This document shows, piece after piece, positions 23,168 through 36,725 of a stretch of 64,000 bases of DNA. The position numbers and the translations under genes are program-made. The stretch comes from Peribolospora baueri (taxonomy: Eukaryota), in NCBI GenBank assembly GCA_029717555.1, contig JAMDHS010000057.1:1-64000 (forward strand). Direction: 5' to 3'. Each line of letters starts with the position of its first letter. Within the stretch, counting starts at the first letter, position 1. Below the pieces are notes generated by a model, which searched no databases, was not told the origin of the DNA, and saw only the letters and a list, made by a program, of their open reading frames with translations.

Positions 23168-24681
23168 AATGGAGACATCACGCGAGGGAACTTTCCCTAC
23201 GGACATAGAAGGCATGCTTCAAACAGACGACGACGCACCACAGGTGAATGCCGACACACATGTCAGCAGGGCGGTCCCGGATGGAGGCGTTGATGAGCTG
23301 GGCGTATTGCTTGGGGAGGGTGGCCTGGACGTGAACGTGACAAGACAAGACAGGTCGGCCGCACGTCCGTCCAGTCAAGGTGGAAGAAGAAACGGGCACC
23401 GGTGACTTACGAGGTCCTCGCCACGCTCCTCAGCGGCCTTGCGCATGGTCTGGTCAGTGAGGTAGGCCAGGTTGGTGTCCTAGGAGAGCGAGTGTGGAAA
23501 ACATGTGAGCGCGCCGCGACTTGCCATATGGCCGGCCCCGCCTCCCCATTGGGTCTTGCCGTCTTCTGCCCTACGGGCCCCTCGTCTTGCCTGTCCATTC
23601 AAGCGGTGCTCACGTCCAGCTGAAGGTACCTGCAGCCGGCGTCGGCGAGCGCCTTGATCTCGGCCCTGTACACGGCTGCAAGGTCCTCGAAGAACTGGTT
23701 AAGGTCCGGGTAGGCAGTCTTGTCAATGCTCTCGCGGCCGCCGCGGAAGTGGCACATGGTCGGAGAGGGGATGGCGACCTTGATGTGCGAGGCGGGGACG
23801 TTAGGGGCGATGGACTTGAGGAACTCAAAGTCGGCCACTTGGATGGGAGCCCTGTGAGAGAGCTTGCCGGTGATCGACAGCGTGGGGGGAGCGCGGCCCT
23901 CCTGCTGCTCGAGAGCTGCGGGCGAGAGCGAGGCATATCCATCGGGAAGGTGAGCGGACATGACGTACAGGTGGAAACGAGGGGAGACTCACCGTTCTTG
24001 ACCACGGAGACGCCGTCGATGTGCTTGAGGAAGTCCTGTGGACAAGAATTACATGTGAAAGAGTGAGACTATGCCACGGTCCCATCATGACCACTGGGCG
24101 TATGTATGAATCGGTCTCCCGAACGAAGAGCCAACGGGAGGGACGCACAAGGTGGAAGTACTGAAAGAAAGGGCGAGCAACGTCACAAGTCAGTCTTGGA
24201 ACCGGTTGTCTGCTTTCGTCTCCTTCGCGTCCCAATCTTGCTCCCGTCTTGGAGGCGACGCGAAGAAGGGACGACAAAGGACGCACTGACCTCGCGGCGG
24301 AACTCTCCGTCGGTGATGCTCTTCATTCCGGTGGCCAAGAACTTGGGCACCATGTCCTTGATGGCCTCATCCTCGACCTTGCGCAGCTCCGCGGCGGAGA
24401 TCTTGCCGGAGGCGGCCTGAGCGCGCGCCTCGTGGATGGCGCGCGGACGAAGGAGAGAGCCGACCTGTGGGAGCGAGTGAAAGACAGGAGGGGTTGAGCG
24501 TGACGAAGGCGAGGCGACGATCGGTCGGCGGCCCTCTCTCTTTCAGTCTTCTTCTTCTCCTTCTTCTTCTTCCTCTTCTTTCTTTCTCTCTCTTTCTTCC
24601 CCAGGCATGAAGGCGGAGTGCAGGCAGATCACGGGAACGTACGTGCTCAGCTCGGAAAGGCGGGTTTTCCTTGCGGGACAT
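22479..24681 (-). CDS. Single-barrel cobalamin-independent methionine synthase-like protein (UROD/MetE fold)
   Basis: PPFRAEH|VGSLLRP, ITDGEFRRE|YFHL|DFL, KVAIPSPT, GCRYLQLD|DT, GIHLC|KGNFRS, FFLEWENERSG, LSLSPQCGFSST; Zn ligands HxC...E...C. Confidence 0.9.
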
Positions 24682-25530
24682 GGCGAAGACTGGGCGATGG
24701 TGGAAGATGGAGGGAGTGGGAAGAGAGAGAAGAGCGTTTCGGCCGACGTCGGCCTCGCCAGTCGTCTCTGCGCCGAGCGCCGCTCTCCGTCTGCTCACAG
24801 GCTTGAGCCGACGACGACCGCTTGGCGGCAAAATGGTTCAGCCGGGCCGGACAGCCGAGCCCGGCAGGCTTATCTAATCGGGGCCTTGTAATGCTTTGCT
24901 CCCAACCCTTAGCGCTTGCGGTCGACTTGATAATGGGCAATTATCGACAGCTGCGGCAGCTGCCGACCGGTCCGCGACTCCGATCCGAAGCGACGCGACG
25001 TCCACCGCCGCACGCGACCACGACAAGAGCGACGAGAGGCAGGCGGTGGAGCAAGAAGAAGAAGAAGAGAAAGTGGGATGGACGAGACAAACAGGCAGCA
25101 CCACTCGATGGCGGAAGACCACCCGCAGACGTCTGTGCGGGCACACGCCGGCGAAGAGAGAGAGAGAGAAAAAAAAATAAAAAAAAAAAAAGCGGGCCCC
25201 CACCTGGGCTTTCGGACCGAACCTCCGGCTGGCTCGCTGACCCCTTCGCCTTCGCTCTCCGTTCGACTCGACTCGCATGCGCACTCGCCTTGCAGATGGT
25301 AGACAGGACAGGACAAGACAAGACAAGACAGGACAAGATAGCACAAGACAGGACGGCTTCGTGCTTCGTCGCTCGAGGACGTCGAGGCGCAAGGCACAAT
25401 GCATATACATATCATATAGCTGAGCGCGTCGCCCGCGAGCCGTCGCGATGGTCGGCTTGCTCGCCTTCGCCCATCCCCATCCCACTTATCCACCCTGCTT
25501 CTTTCTCGCCTGCCTTGTCTTTCGTTCATC

Positions 25531-28103
25531 ATGCGACCCTCGCTCACCTCGCCCGTTCCCTTCCTTCTCGCCCTCGGCGCCGTGACCAGCCAGCCCGTCA
25601 GTTCGCCGCTGTCGTCCGTCGCCTCGAATGCGGGCCCCTCCGGGCCTTGTGTGCACACCATTTCCATCGACCCTTCCAATCCATCTCAAGACCACACCCC
25701 TCTCATCCAATCCGCCGTCGCCAATCTCACCGCCGCCTGTCCGTATCCGTCCTCTCCCGCCGCCCGCAAGCTCGTCTTCGCCCAAGGCACGACGTACAAC
25801 GTCTACACTCCCCTCCACCTCTCCGGCCTTTCCTCTCTGACGCTCCAGGTCAGCGGCAACCTGCAGCTTCCGAGCGACATTGCGACCGTGCAAGGCTTCG
25901 TGGGTAACGGGACCACGTACTGGTTCCAGCTGTCCGGCAGCGATGTCGTCGTTGAAGGCAGTGACAGCGCCGAGTGGTGAGCGCGTGCCGCCTCGCCTCG
26001 CCACGTCAGGCAGGCAGACAGAAGGGCCACGCTCAAGAGCCACCAAGCTGAGCCAGTCGTGTCCGCTTCCCTATCTCCGTGACGCCAACGCCGTGCAGGG
26101 GATGGATAGACTCGCACGGCCAACAGTGGTGGGACCAGCCCAACCCACCCATCGAGAACAGGCCTCACCTCTTCAGCTTCCAAGTGACGTGAGCCACTTG
26201 CCCTCATCGCTGCTGCCCTTCGCTCCTCCTTTCCCTTCTCGGCTTCTCGCTTCTTACCGACGCCTTCGTCCCTCATGGTCGACCCTCGTCCTCCTTTCCC
26301 TTCTCGGCTTCTGCCTTGGTCCCCCATCGTTTTCCTACCGTCACCCCGCTCGGCAGCAACGGCGTCCTCTCCAAGCTGAAAATCCGCAAGCCCATCGCAT
26401 GGGTCTTCTCCCTCTCCGCCCCCAACATTCACGCAAACGCCATCACGATTGACGCAAAGTCCAACACGAGCGCTTTCAACTTCAACACCGACGGTAAGTC
26501 GAAGCGGCATCTCCAAGCGTCCATTCGGGCACTCGTCCCACAGTCCAGCGGATGGTTTCCCGTATTCAATGATCTGCTTCCCTCGTCGTGATCTGCTGAA
26601 CGGCATGCCGATGCCGATTCAATTCAGGCTTCAGCGCGACCTCGAAAAACGTGAGTGCGAGTCACGCCTTTTACTCATTCCATGCAGCCACTCACCAAGA
26701 CATCATTACAAACGATGAACCGTTCCTCACAACGCGTGTTTTCTCTCTTTTGTCCAGATCACCATCGAGAATAGCAACGTGTGTAAGTGTTGGGAGCGAC
26801 GTCCGACGAAAAAAAGGATTGCCGGCTCTCGACGTGCCATTGAGAGACTTGTTCGCCGGTTACATGTGTCCCCATTCATTCGGCAGACAATGGTGACGAT
26901 TGTATCACCGGTGAATCTCGGCCTTTTTTTCCTCGCTGACGTCTCACATGATCACTCCGTTTCGCGCCGCCGTCGAGTTTCGATCTCTGACTCTCCTCTC
27001 CCTTTTCTTCAATATTAAAAGTCGGCAGCGGCGCCTCCGACGTCACTTTTAGGTACAATCATTGCGAAGGTGGACACGGCGCCTCCATCGGCTCGCTCAA
27101 CCACAACGCCGCCGTCGCCGGAGTAGATATTCACGACATCTCGTTCAAGGATAGCTTGTACGCGGCCAGGTTCAAGGCCTACGCGGGGGGGAACGGATAT
27201 GCGAAAGATGTAGGTCCACACGCCGTCCGTCGTTCCTTCATCACTCGCGTTACGTGAGGCGCGCGCGCGCGTCGTGAGAATGGCCGTCCTCGTCCTGACG
27301 TGTCTCCTTCTGTGCGTCGCGCGCCGCCGGCGATTAGATTTCCTGGAAGAACATCTGGATGGACAACGTGGTGCGTGCGCCAACGTCTTGCTATTTACAT
27401 TTTTCGGGAAAGGGAAGAGGGTGCGACGCGCTGGACGGAGTCGTCCCAGTCCCACTTTTCCTATGCGACCCCACCGTAACCCATGCCCTGTTCCTCTTCG
27501 TCCTGGTACCTCTTCTCGTCGGCTCTGGTTCGGCCTGCATTAGACATATCCCATCTACCTCACCTCGAACTACTATGACCAAGAGACAAGCTCGCCGTCC
27601 ACGGGCGGCGTCGACTCGAGCGTTCAAATCTCCAACTTTACACTCGAGGCCTTTGCAGGCACCATCAACTCGAAGCATCCCGGTAAGCAAGCAGCGAACC
27701 CGCCCGAGCCCCGTTCGATTGTATCGTCTCGCGCTTTTGAACGGATCCAATACGCAACGCACCGTCCGAGCTGCTTGCGTTTTTTTTTTTTTTTTTTTTT
27801 TTTTCTGGACGACTCGCTGACGAATTTCCTTCATGTCCCGGCGGCACAGGTGACGGGTCTTGCGTCAGCGATCCATGCTGGTACTATGTTCCGGGACAAA
27901 CTGGACACGAGCTGGTCATCCTCGACCTCGCCAAAGGCAGCGTGACGGGGGACATGCTCTTCAAACGACTCGAGGCCGTCTTCCCAGACGACGGACAGCG
28001 AGCACGCGTCATCTGCGACCCTTCCGTCTTGCCGCCGGACGAGACCGACGTGGGCTTCCAGTGTGTCAACGGCACGTTTGTTCCCACTCTCAGAGGACTC
28101 TGA
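25531..28103 (+). CDS. pgxC: Secreted GH28 exo-polygalacturonase (PgxC-like), about 10 exons
   Basis: Signal-like N-terminus; GQQWWD, FNTD|GF, NGDDCI, GGHGASIGSL, ARFKA catalytic motifs; C-terminal GDGSCVSDPCWY...GFQCVNGTF as recalled for Aspergillus PgxC. Confidence 0.88.
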
Positions 28104-29562
28104 AGCCGCTTTCCCTCGTCAGCGCCGCCATCTCCAAGTGCGGGATGACGATGACTTCGCAGCTTGTCATCCAGGTTGTAGTAGTGACGCCTCGGTGCAA
28201 ATTCTTTTTTTCTTTAACGTAACGTCGCCGGGCAGCTCGCCGCCGTAGAAGCGGCGTGTGAGGACGTTTAAAAAGCTGACACGAGACCGTACGGGGGGAA
28301 CGGAATCGGCCCAGGAAAATACGAGAGACTAGGCCTCTTCTCATAAAACAAATAAACGAAACCGGAGAGTCGCAGGCGACGTTCAATAGCACCAACTTTC
28401 CTCGCTCCCCAAACCATAGCATAGCGCCTCTTTGGTTTTGGCTGGTCACAAAACATTCATCCACGGTCCTGCGTCGTCTTTTTTCGACGATCGCATCCAC
28501 CGTCGGCCGCGTTGGCCAGATCGGGGACGGCGGGAAGAAACGGTTTTCAGTAGTGTCGTGCCACGTGGGAAAATGGAAAAGCGTGGGCGGAGAATCAGCG
28601 GTGGAAGATTAAAAACAAGGAGTAAGGGGGAACGCTCCCATGGGTGGTCTGTCTCAGTCAGCCGGAAGACATCGGCCCTGACCGCCTATCGAACATGACT
28701 TGGTTCACCAAGATGGCTGGCCGCGGCCGAGGTCGCTGCCGAGCTATCAAGTATTAAAAAGGTGCCGATGTTGTGCGTGCGGAGCGAAGTGGGGCGCGGA
28801 CGACGTGGCGGTGTAAGTACTTGGGTACACCCGCCGCGGTGCGTCGATCGCAGCTCGCCCGGTCAAAGCGCAGGTCGTCCCGAAAGCCGCTTCGAACGTC
28901 GACCCTCGTCCCCGTCGCATCAGCACAGTCCGAGTTCACCACGGATAGTCTATGCGTTGTACTGTACAGTACACGTCCGAGTGTGCGGAGAGTGCCGAGA
29001 CGCCGGATCGAGACGATTTCGACGTGACCAGCGGGTGACAGGTTGACGGCGCAGATCGCTCGACGAGAAAGTTGGGCTACGGTAGGTAGACGGCGCATGC
29101 CCATCGCCCGAACATGCAAAACGTTGACTGCCGCTCCAAGCGGTATTCACACAAGCCGGATAGAGGCCTCGCGCGACCTTAAGTAGTTCCTCCGTCGTGT
29201 GCTGTTGGATCCTTCGTCGTCGTCGTCGTGTCATCGACGTCGAAGCCATGGAAGCCGGACTCCGGCTGTCCACCAACGGTCGGGTGCTCGGAGGTGTCAC
29301 GTGCTGGCCAACGCACTCCGGTCCGCACACGACCTGCTCAGCACGACGGGACGGATGGCCTTGCTGGCACCCAACTTGTTCCAAGGTCAACGAAGACAGC
29401 AGCAAGGTAGGCTTCGTCTCTTCAAACTAACCGCGGCTCAAGGCGACCAGCTCCCATTTGTGGAACGCAGAGGGCGCGAAACGCAGGAACGCAAGGTACT
29501 GTAGACAGATAGACGAACAGTCGGTCGGGCGGACTCTAGTGATAGGGTCAGTACAGCAGTAG

Positions 29563-32500
29563 ATGCGCCTCCCATTGCCCAGAGGTGCCCCCCTCCGAAC
29601 ACCTTTGTCTATTTTTCGCTCCAGCATCTCTCGCCCGCCTCCTTCCACTTTCTTCTCGGTCTCGCGCCGTTTCCTGTCCACCGACCCATCACCCTCTCCA
29701 CTGCCCGCGCTCCCCTCCAATCCCGCCCCCATCCGTCCCACGGCCATCCCTGAGCTCGGCATCACCATGCCTCCTAATCGCCCTGTTCCCACCTCAGTCC
29801 CCACCGGGCCCTTTCCCCTTGCTGGCCTCTTGCCAAAGGAGGCCACCCGAGCGCTGCACTTCCTCAAGCAGTATGACTATAAGTACAATGGCCGCGGCGT
29901 CCGCGTCGCCGTGCTCGACACGGGCATCGATCCTGCCGCCGCCGGACTGGACGGTCCGGGCAAGATTGTGGATGTGGTCGACTGCACGGGTGGGTCGTGG
30001 CCATCGCCACTGAAGAAGAGCGTGTGCATGTGGACTGTGACGTACTTCGCGGCTCTTTCGCTGCTAACCGAGCCTTCGTCTCATTTCCCGGCCACGTATC
30101 TCGCAGGATCCGGCGACGTACCCCTCGAAGTCGTCAAACCGCTCGAGGCTACGTTTGGTGACACGGCCATCTCTGGCGCCATTGCGTTGCCATCCCCCTC
30201 CGGCCGGACTCTCCTCGCCTCTCCTAACTGGAAGAACCCGACTGGCGAGTGGAAGGTGGGCATGAAGCCCGCTTACGACCTATGGCCTGGTGGTCTGGTT
30301 ACGCGCCGGAAGAAGGAGAGGAAACAAGAATTCGAGAAGACGCATCATGAGCTGCTCGTGAAGGCCCAGAAGGAGCTAGTGGAGTTCGAGAAGGAACTGA
30401 AGAGTCGGGCTGGAAAGAAAGGCGGGGAGGGAGCGGATGAGAAAGGGGGAGAAGAGGAGGCGAAGAAGGAAGAGAAGGGCAAGGAGGCTGCAGAGCGTGC
30501 GGCTGGTCCATCAACCGAGGATCTGCTCAAGAAGGAAGACTTGGCCGCCCGGGTGCAGGCTCTTAAAGACCTCATGTCGTCTTACGATGATGTCGGGCCC
30601 ATTATCGAGGCCATCGTTTGGCACGACGGCTCTGCCTGGAGAGCGGCTGTCGGCGGAGGGGAGGGCGGAGCTTTAGAAGGCGCGGATGAGGGGAAGGAGG
30701 TGGAGGTCAAAGAGGTCGATGGAAAAACGGTGGTCGACTTGAGAGGTGAGTCAGGCCACAGCAAAGAAGTGGGGGATGAATCCTGTAACGTCCTTGTTTC
30801 TGATCTTCCGTTGTATGGAACTTGGACGCGTTCTTAGCGCGGAAAACTCTCACGGACTTCCGGTCTGAGCGCCAGTGGGACGTCTTCGGCAAGCAGGACC
30901 TCATGACCTTTACGGTTAACATTCTCGAGGAGGGCAATCTGCTCAGGTGAGCTCGACGACCTCATTTTCTCTTCACCTCATCCATGCTCGGACTCATGTT
31001 GCTTCTTTTCGCATCGCAACTCCATCAGCATCGTCGTCCCTTCCGGCTCGCACGGTACACACGTGGCCGGCATTATCGGCGCGCACCATCCCTCCACTCC
31101 AGAGCTAAACGGCGTAGCGCCAGGCTGCGAGATCGTCTCGATGAAGATCGGCGACACTCGCCTCGGCTCAATGGAGACAGGCCAAGCGCTCCTCCGAGCC
31201 GCGTCCGCACTCGTGGAGACCGAGACGGACGTGGCTAACCTCAGCTACGGCGAAGATTTTGCATTCGGCGTCGAGGACAAAGGCGCTTTTATTCAGGCTC
31301 TCCGCGACGAGGTCGTACGCAAGAGGGATATCGTGTTCGTCAGTTCGGCGGGTAACAATGGTAAGACGTCCGACTTTCGACAGCGCTTTGACCAAACACG
31401 TTTTGTTGACCGATCGCATGCGCTTCGCCTTTCTATCCAGGGCCCGCCTTGACCACCGTCGGCGCGCCGGGCGGCAACACCTCCAGCGTCATCAGCGTGG
31501 GCGCCCACGTCAGCGCTGGAGAAATGCAGAAGGCGGAGTACGCGCTCATAGAGAGCGTGCCCGATTCGGTCACGACCTGGTGCTCTAGGGGTCCCACGTT
31601 AGTGCCGCCTTCACGCCGTGCGCTGTCGACCGAGGCAGCGAGTCTAGTCTTTGTGGAATGGAATGGCTGACAGTTGGGTCGTTGTGGGTTCCTGTTTGGT
31701 GTAGGTCCGATGGCGATCGAGGCGTCACGATCTATGCTCCGGGTGAGTTGAGCCGGTCACTCTTCTCGTAGCCAAGGTTAGAGCCCTGACCTACAGTTTT
31801 TGGCTATCTAGGCGCGGCCATCACTTCGATCCCAAGGTACTGCCTGCAGAAGGAGCAGTTAATGAATGGAAGTGAGTGTGCGACGTCCTCGTTCGCAGTA
31901 CCGCGAGCATGGTTTGACGCCTGTCTTTTAACAGCTTCCATGTCCAGCCCGAACGCATGCGGCGGCGTCGCCTTGATCATGTCGGGACTGAAATCCGAGG
32001 GTATCAAGATTACTCCGCACAGGTGCGTGGACCCTCGTAGTCGACAGCCGGCAAAGTGTTAAAGTTGACCTGTTCTAGGGGTCCTATACAGAATCAAGAA
32101 GGCTCTGGAGATTACTGGAAAGGATATCGGCGATCCGCTAGCCGTTCCTTATCTCCAAGTGGATAAGGCGTATGAGTACATCCAGCAGCACAAGGACTTG
32201 CCCGATCAAGACGCGGACTTTATCATCAATGTTGTGCCTCGTGAGCATGTCTCCCCACGATCGGTATGACATTTGGTCGACCATTGACATAATTTACCGG
32301 TTCCGCAGATGGTCGGCCGCTGCCGGATGACAATCAGAAAGCCCTTCGAGGAGTCTACCTACGCGAATACGAATCCACTCGCCGGGTTTTCCAGGGAACC
32401 GTCAGCGTCAAACCCTATTTCAAGGAGGAAGACACGGAACGAAAGTACGATCTCGACCTCAAGCTCGCTTTGAGTGCGGCTGCTGACTGGATCAAGAAGC

Positions 32501-34788
32501 CGGATTACGTCAACCTTGGAGGCAATGGCAGGCAATTCGAGGTTCGGGTTGACCCCACGGACCTCGCGCCGGGTCTTCACTATGCGTCTATTGACGCGTA
32601 CGATACGGCCGAGCCGGGTCACCTGGTCTTCTCCGTCCCCGTCACCGTCGCCAAACCTGAGGTGCCAGAATCGCCGCTCGTGAAGTACTCGAACCTGTCC
32701 TTCACCGACACAGCCTCGCTCTACCGCCGCTTCGTTGCCGTCCCCGCCGGAGCAACGTGGGCAGAGGTTCGCATTCGCACGCGCAAGCATCCGGCCAGTG
32801 TGCGGTTTTGGCTGCACTTCGTCCAGCTGGTGCCGCAGACCAGGCTGCACCAGGCTGAGAAGGCGTGGGTGTTGGCGATGAACGAGGACGAGACGGTCAT
32901 CAAGCGCATGCCCGTCAAGGGAGGTCTGACCATGGAGGTCTGCATGGCGAAGATGTGGACCAGCGTTGGCACCTTCGATCTCGACCTCGAGATCGATTTC
33001 CATGGACTGAGTGAGCCTCTTCGTCATTCGTTTCCTCTGGAAACCGTCACTGACCCCATTTCTGTGGCACGACGGATTCGCAGACGTCGTCACGGGCCGG
33101 GACAGGCTCACGATCTTCGGAGGCGAAAGTCTGGCGAGGGTGGAAGCGGTGAACACTCTCAGGGTCGAACAATTCACGCCGAGCATCTCTTTTGGTGAGC
33201 GCAGCCTCGCGGCGCATGTGTCCATTTCGACCATACAGGTGTCTGACGGCTTGCCATCACGATGCAGAAACCCGGCGCACCTTCATTCGACCCACGGAGA
33301 GCATCATCCGCCCGTTGACCGACCGTGATACGCACCCGAACGGCAAGCGCATGTACGAGCTTATCCTCACCTACTCCGACATCAAGCAGAGTGAGAAAGG
33401 CAAAGTCACCTACAGCCTCCCGGTCGGTGGGAACCTCTACGACAAGTGAGTCGCCGTACGCAAGGAGCCGTCTTTCAACCGCTTCTGACAGTGAAGCTCC
33501 TTTTCCAGCTCCCTCGCGGTTCTCGCCCAGCTCTTTGACGCCAACAAGAAGCGTCTCGTCTTCTCCGACGTATACCCGGCTAAGGAGACTCAATTGAACA
33601 AGGGCGACTACGTGCTCAAAGTGCAACTTGTACATGAAGCAATCTCCGGTAAGCACATGTCGCTACCAAGGCGGGTTTCATGGCCGGGTCACGAGCGGTA
33701 GTCTAATGACGAGTTGGGGTGCGCAGTTCTTGAAAAGCTCAAGAATGCAGCGGTCCGCTGGGACTCGAAATTGGCCAAGCCGAAGGAAGTGACATTGGAA
33801 ATGTATGACGACCATGTGGACGCTTTCGGAGAAAGGAAGCCGGCTTCATTCAATTCTATCAAGCTGATGCCCGGAGAGTGAGTCGGCAACATGTCGTGAT
33901 ATGTCCTTTGGAAGCTTCACTGACATGCCCTGTACCTTTTTTCGCGTGTACTCCAGTCGCAAGGTCATCGCGTTCTCCACGGACATGGCCGACAAGTTGC
34001 CCAAGGAAGCGAAAGGCGGTGACATCCTATTGGGCCATTTCAGTTTCGTCAATGACGCGGCGGCTGGCGGGTGGCAGCTCGCTTACGTGGTTCCTCCCAA
34101 GCCGGTGGATCCCAAGCCAGACGTGCCGGCGGTCAAGGAGGAGCAAAAGCTGGTCGACTTGCAAGTCGAGGTGGCCAAGAAGATCTCGAACGAGGAGGAG
34201 AAAGAGGAGTTTATCAGGAGCCTAGTCTCGTCCCATCCCACCCACCTGCCCGTGCTCGTTCTCCGGCTCGAGACGCTCAACATCGACAAGACGGACGCTC
34301 AGGAGCTGATTAAGGCGGCCGACGCGGTGCTCGAGCAGGTCGACGAGGAGAGGCTCGCGAAATACTTTGGCGTCAAGCGTCTACCGGCGTCGCAGCTCAC
34401 CGCTGAGGAGAAGAAGGAGCAGAAAGAGATGGAGGGCAAGCGGGACGCGCTCCTCACTGCGTACAACCGCAAGGCGCGGGCTTTCTTGTCCGTCGGCGAC
34501 AAGGAAAAGGCAGAAGAGACGTTCAAGGCGTATTCGCGCTTCGCTGATACTTCCAACCATGCCTTTGCCGTCGTCTTCATCAAGCGCGAGATGATGCACG
34601 GCCGGTATGGGAGCGCTCTTGTGGCGGCACAGAAGCTGAAAAAGGACACGGGCTCGGGCGAGGAGGAGGGAAGAAAGGCGAGGGAGCTGGAGAAGGAATG
34701 CATCAGCAACCTGGGCTGGAAGGCGTGGGAGGAGCAAGAGAAGAAGAGGCGCGTCGTCGACTTTCCCAAGGATTACGCCCCCTTCTGA
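29563..34788 (+). CDS. TPP2: Tripeptidyl-peptidase II (S8 subtilase), multi-exon
   Basis: [15 protein letters not shown] (Asp), [11 protein letters not shown] (His), [47 protein letters not shown] (Ser); ends FPKDYAPF*. Confidence 0.95.
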
Positions 34789-35673
34789 GCGTTACTGCGC
34801 GATCGTCGGACATTGCGCATGCGCTGTGCGCTATCGGTCACACGGGGAGAATTGGCGCGTGCACACAGTAAATCACGAACGTTAAAGCATGTGCATTCGA
34901 TGATGTCGACGGGAGTTGGGGTCAGCAGGGGAGAGGTGGAAGAAGAGAAGGCTGAGCGGGGGAAGGAGGAGGAGGCGAAGAAGGGTCGAGGGGAGGATGA
35001 ATATCATGAATAGCGGTCGAAGGAAGCGCAGTGAGGTGAATGGTAATCCGGCAGTCTGTCTCCCCGTCACAAGGACTGGGGCATCCGTTTGGTACATATA
35101 TATATATACTTGTGTGTGTATCCCTGCCCGTCCGGCTGGCTGGCTTGCCAAGCACACGCACAGCCGGACGGACGGATGGAGGGGGCCCGTGCGCGCGGGT
35201 CCGGGAAAAATATTTCCGAGCGAGGGAGTGGCGGCAGATGACGCGGGACCGTCGGTCGGTCCTTCTTTGTCTTTATGAACACGACGACGGCACGGCACTG
35301 CACGGGACGGGGCGTGGATAAGAAACGAGACGAGGTTACAAGGAAGGGATGGACAAGAAACGAGGTCACAAGAAAAAGATGGACAAGAACTTTTCTTTTT
35401 TTCCTGCGACAGCGGCCTCGTGGGGCTCGAGAAGAAGGTGAGAAAGAGAGAGGGAGGTGGTATACGACGAGACGAGACGAGGCTAGGGAATGGAGGGATG
35501 TGAGATATATATAGGATAGGGATAGAGCGGTATGGGGAAAGCGGGAGGATAGGATAAAATATGAATACAAGAAATGGACAGCCCTGGTCGGGCAAGGACG
35601 ACGACAGACGGCAGTGAAGAAAGCTTCCCTTGCCCGCGAGCACCAAAAAAGGCCCATCGATCTGCATCCAAGC

Positions 35674-36725
35674 TTACCCCGAGGCGTACTTCTGGAGCAG
35701 CGACTCTGGGCCGTTAAAGTAGTCCTGGTCGCCGGGGAACTTTCCCGAGTCTGCGAACTGCCAGAACGTCTGAAGGAATGGAGCCAAGACGAGCCGATCA
35801 GCTTTTCTTCACCCGTTCGTCGCCAAAATGAAAAAAAAAAAAAAAAAAAAAAAGTCACACGCGTGACTCACCCAGGTAGGCCAGCCACCGGGGATAGGTC
35901 CTACAGTATGAGGATGGGCGAGGAAGAGGGCGTTGGTGCTTGCAAAGTCTTTCGAGTTGGCTGTGCACGTCTCCCACCAGTCGGCGGTGCTGTAGATGGT
36001 AGGGTAGCTAAAGGCGACAAAGGGGGCCAGCGACAAAGGGTTAGCAGCGGAGGGAGATGTCAGAATGGCCTGGCGCGCTTCGCTTCGCTCGCGCCCGTCT
36101 ACTGACCGCTTGGTGGCCTTTTGATAAGTATCGCTAAAGTCCTTGATCCAGTTGACCATGGCGGCCGGGCTGAGGCCGTAGCAAGTGTTAGAGCCCTTCT
36201 TGGGGTTGTACTCGATGTCGAGCGTGCCTGGAAGGGTGTGGCCGTCAGCTAAAGGAAAGAAGAAGGGAAAGCGTGAGATGACAGTGAAAGCGAAAGCGCG
36301 AGAGGAGGCGGGGAAACGCACCGGACCACATTCCGCCATGGGCGAGGAAGTAATGTGCCTGATCGGCGCCGGACGACGAGTCCGGGTGAGCAAAGTGGTA
36401 GGCACCGCGGATGAGCTTTGCGTCGGTGGCGCCGACCCACTGGCTGTTGAAGGAAGAGCTGATGTAGTTGGTGCTCTCGGTCGACTTGATCATCACGAAC
36501 TTTGCGCCGTTTTCCTGTGGCGGGCAAAGAGAGGACGGGGTGAGCGAATAGGGGAGCGACAGGGACAACGAGGCGACGGCAACTCACGACGGCGGCGGCC
36601 CAGTCGACATTGGGCTGGTAGTGCGAGACGTCAAAGCCGAGCGTCTGGGCGGCGTGGGCGTCGAGGGGGCCGAGGGCGAGCGCGGCGACGGCGGCGAAGA
36701 GGGAGGCGGCGGCGACGGTCTTCAT
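35674..36725 (-). CDS. Secreted GH25 (Chalaropsis-type) lysozyme / N,O-diacetylmuramidase, 5 exons
   Basis: Signal peptide; GFDVSHYQPNVDW, IKSTESTNY, LIRGAYHFAHPD, TLPGTLDIEYNP (DxE), YPTIYST, W|TFWQF, PGDQDYFNG; TATAAA at 36840-36835. Confidence 0.95.

Noticed and set aside
28750..29500. Splice-like signals and short ORFs upstream of TPP2
   Set aside because: Could not build a consistent frame or recognise a family.
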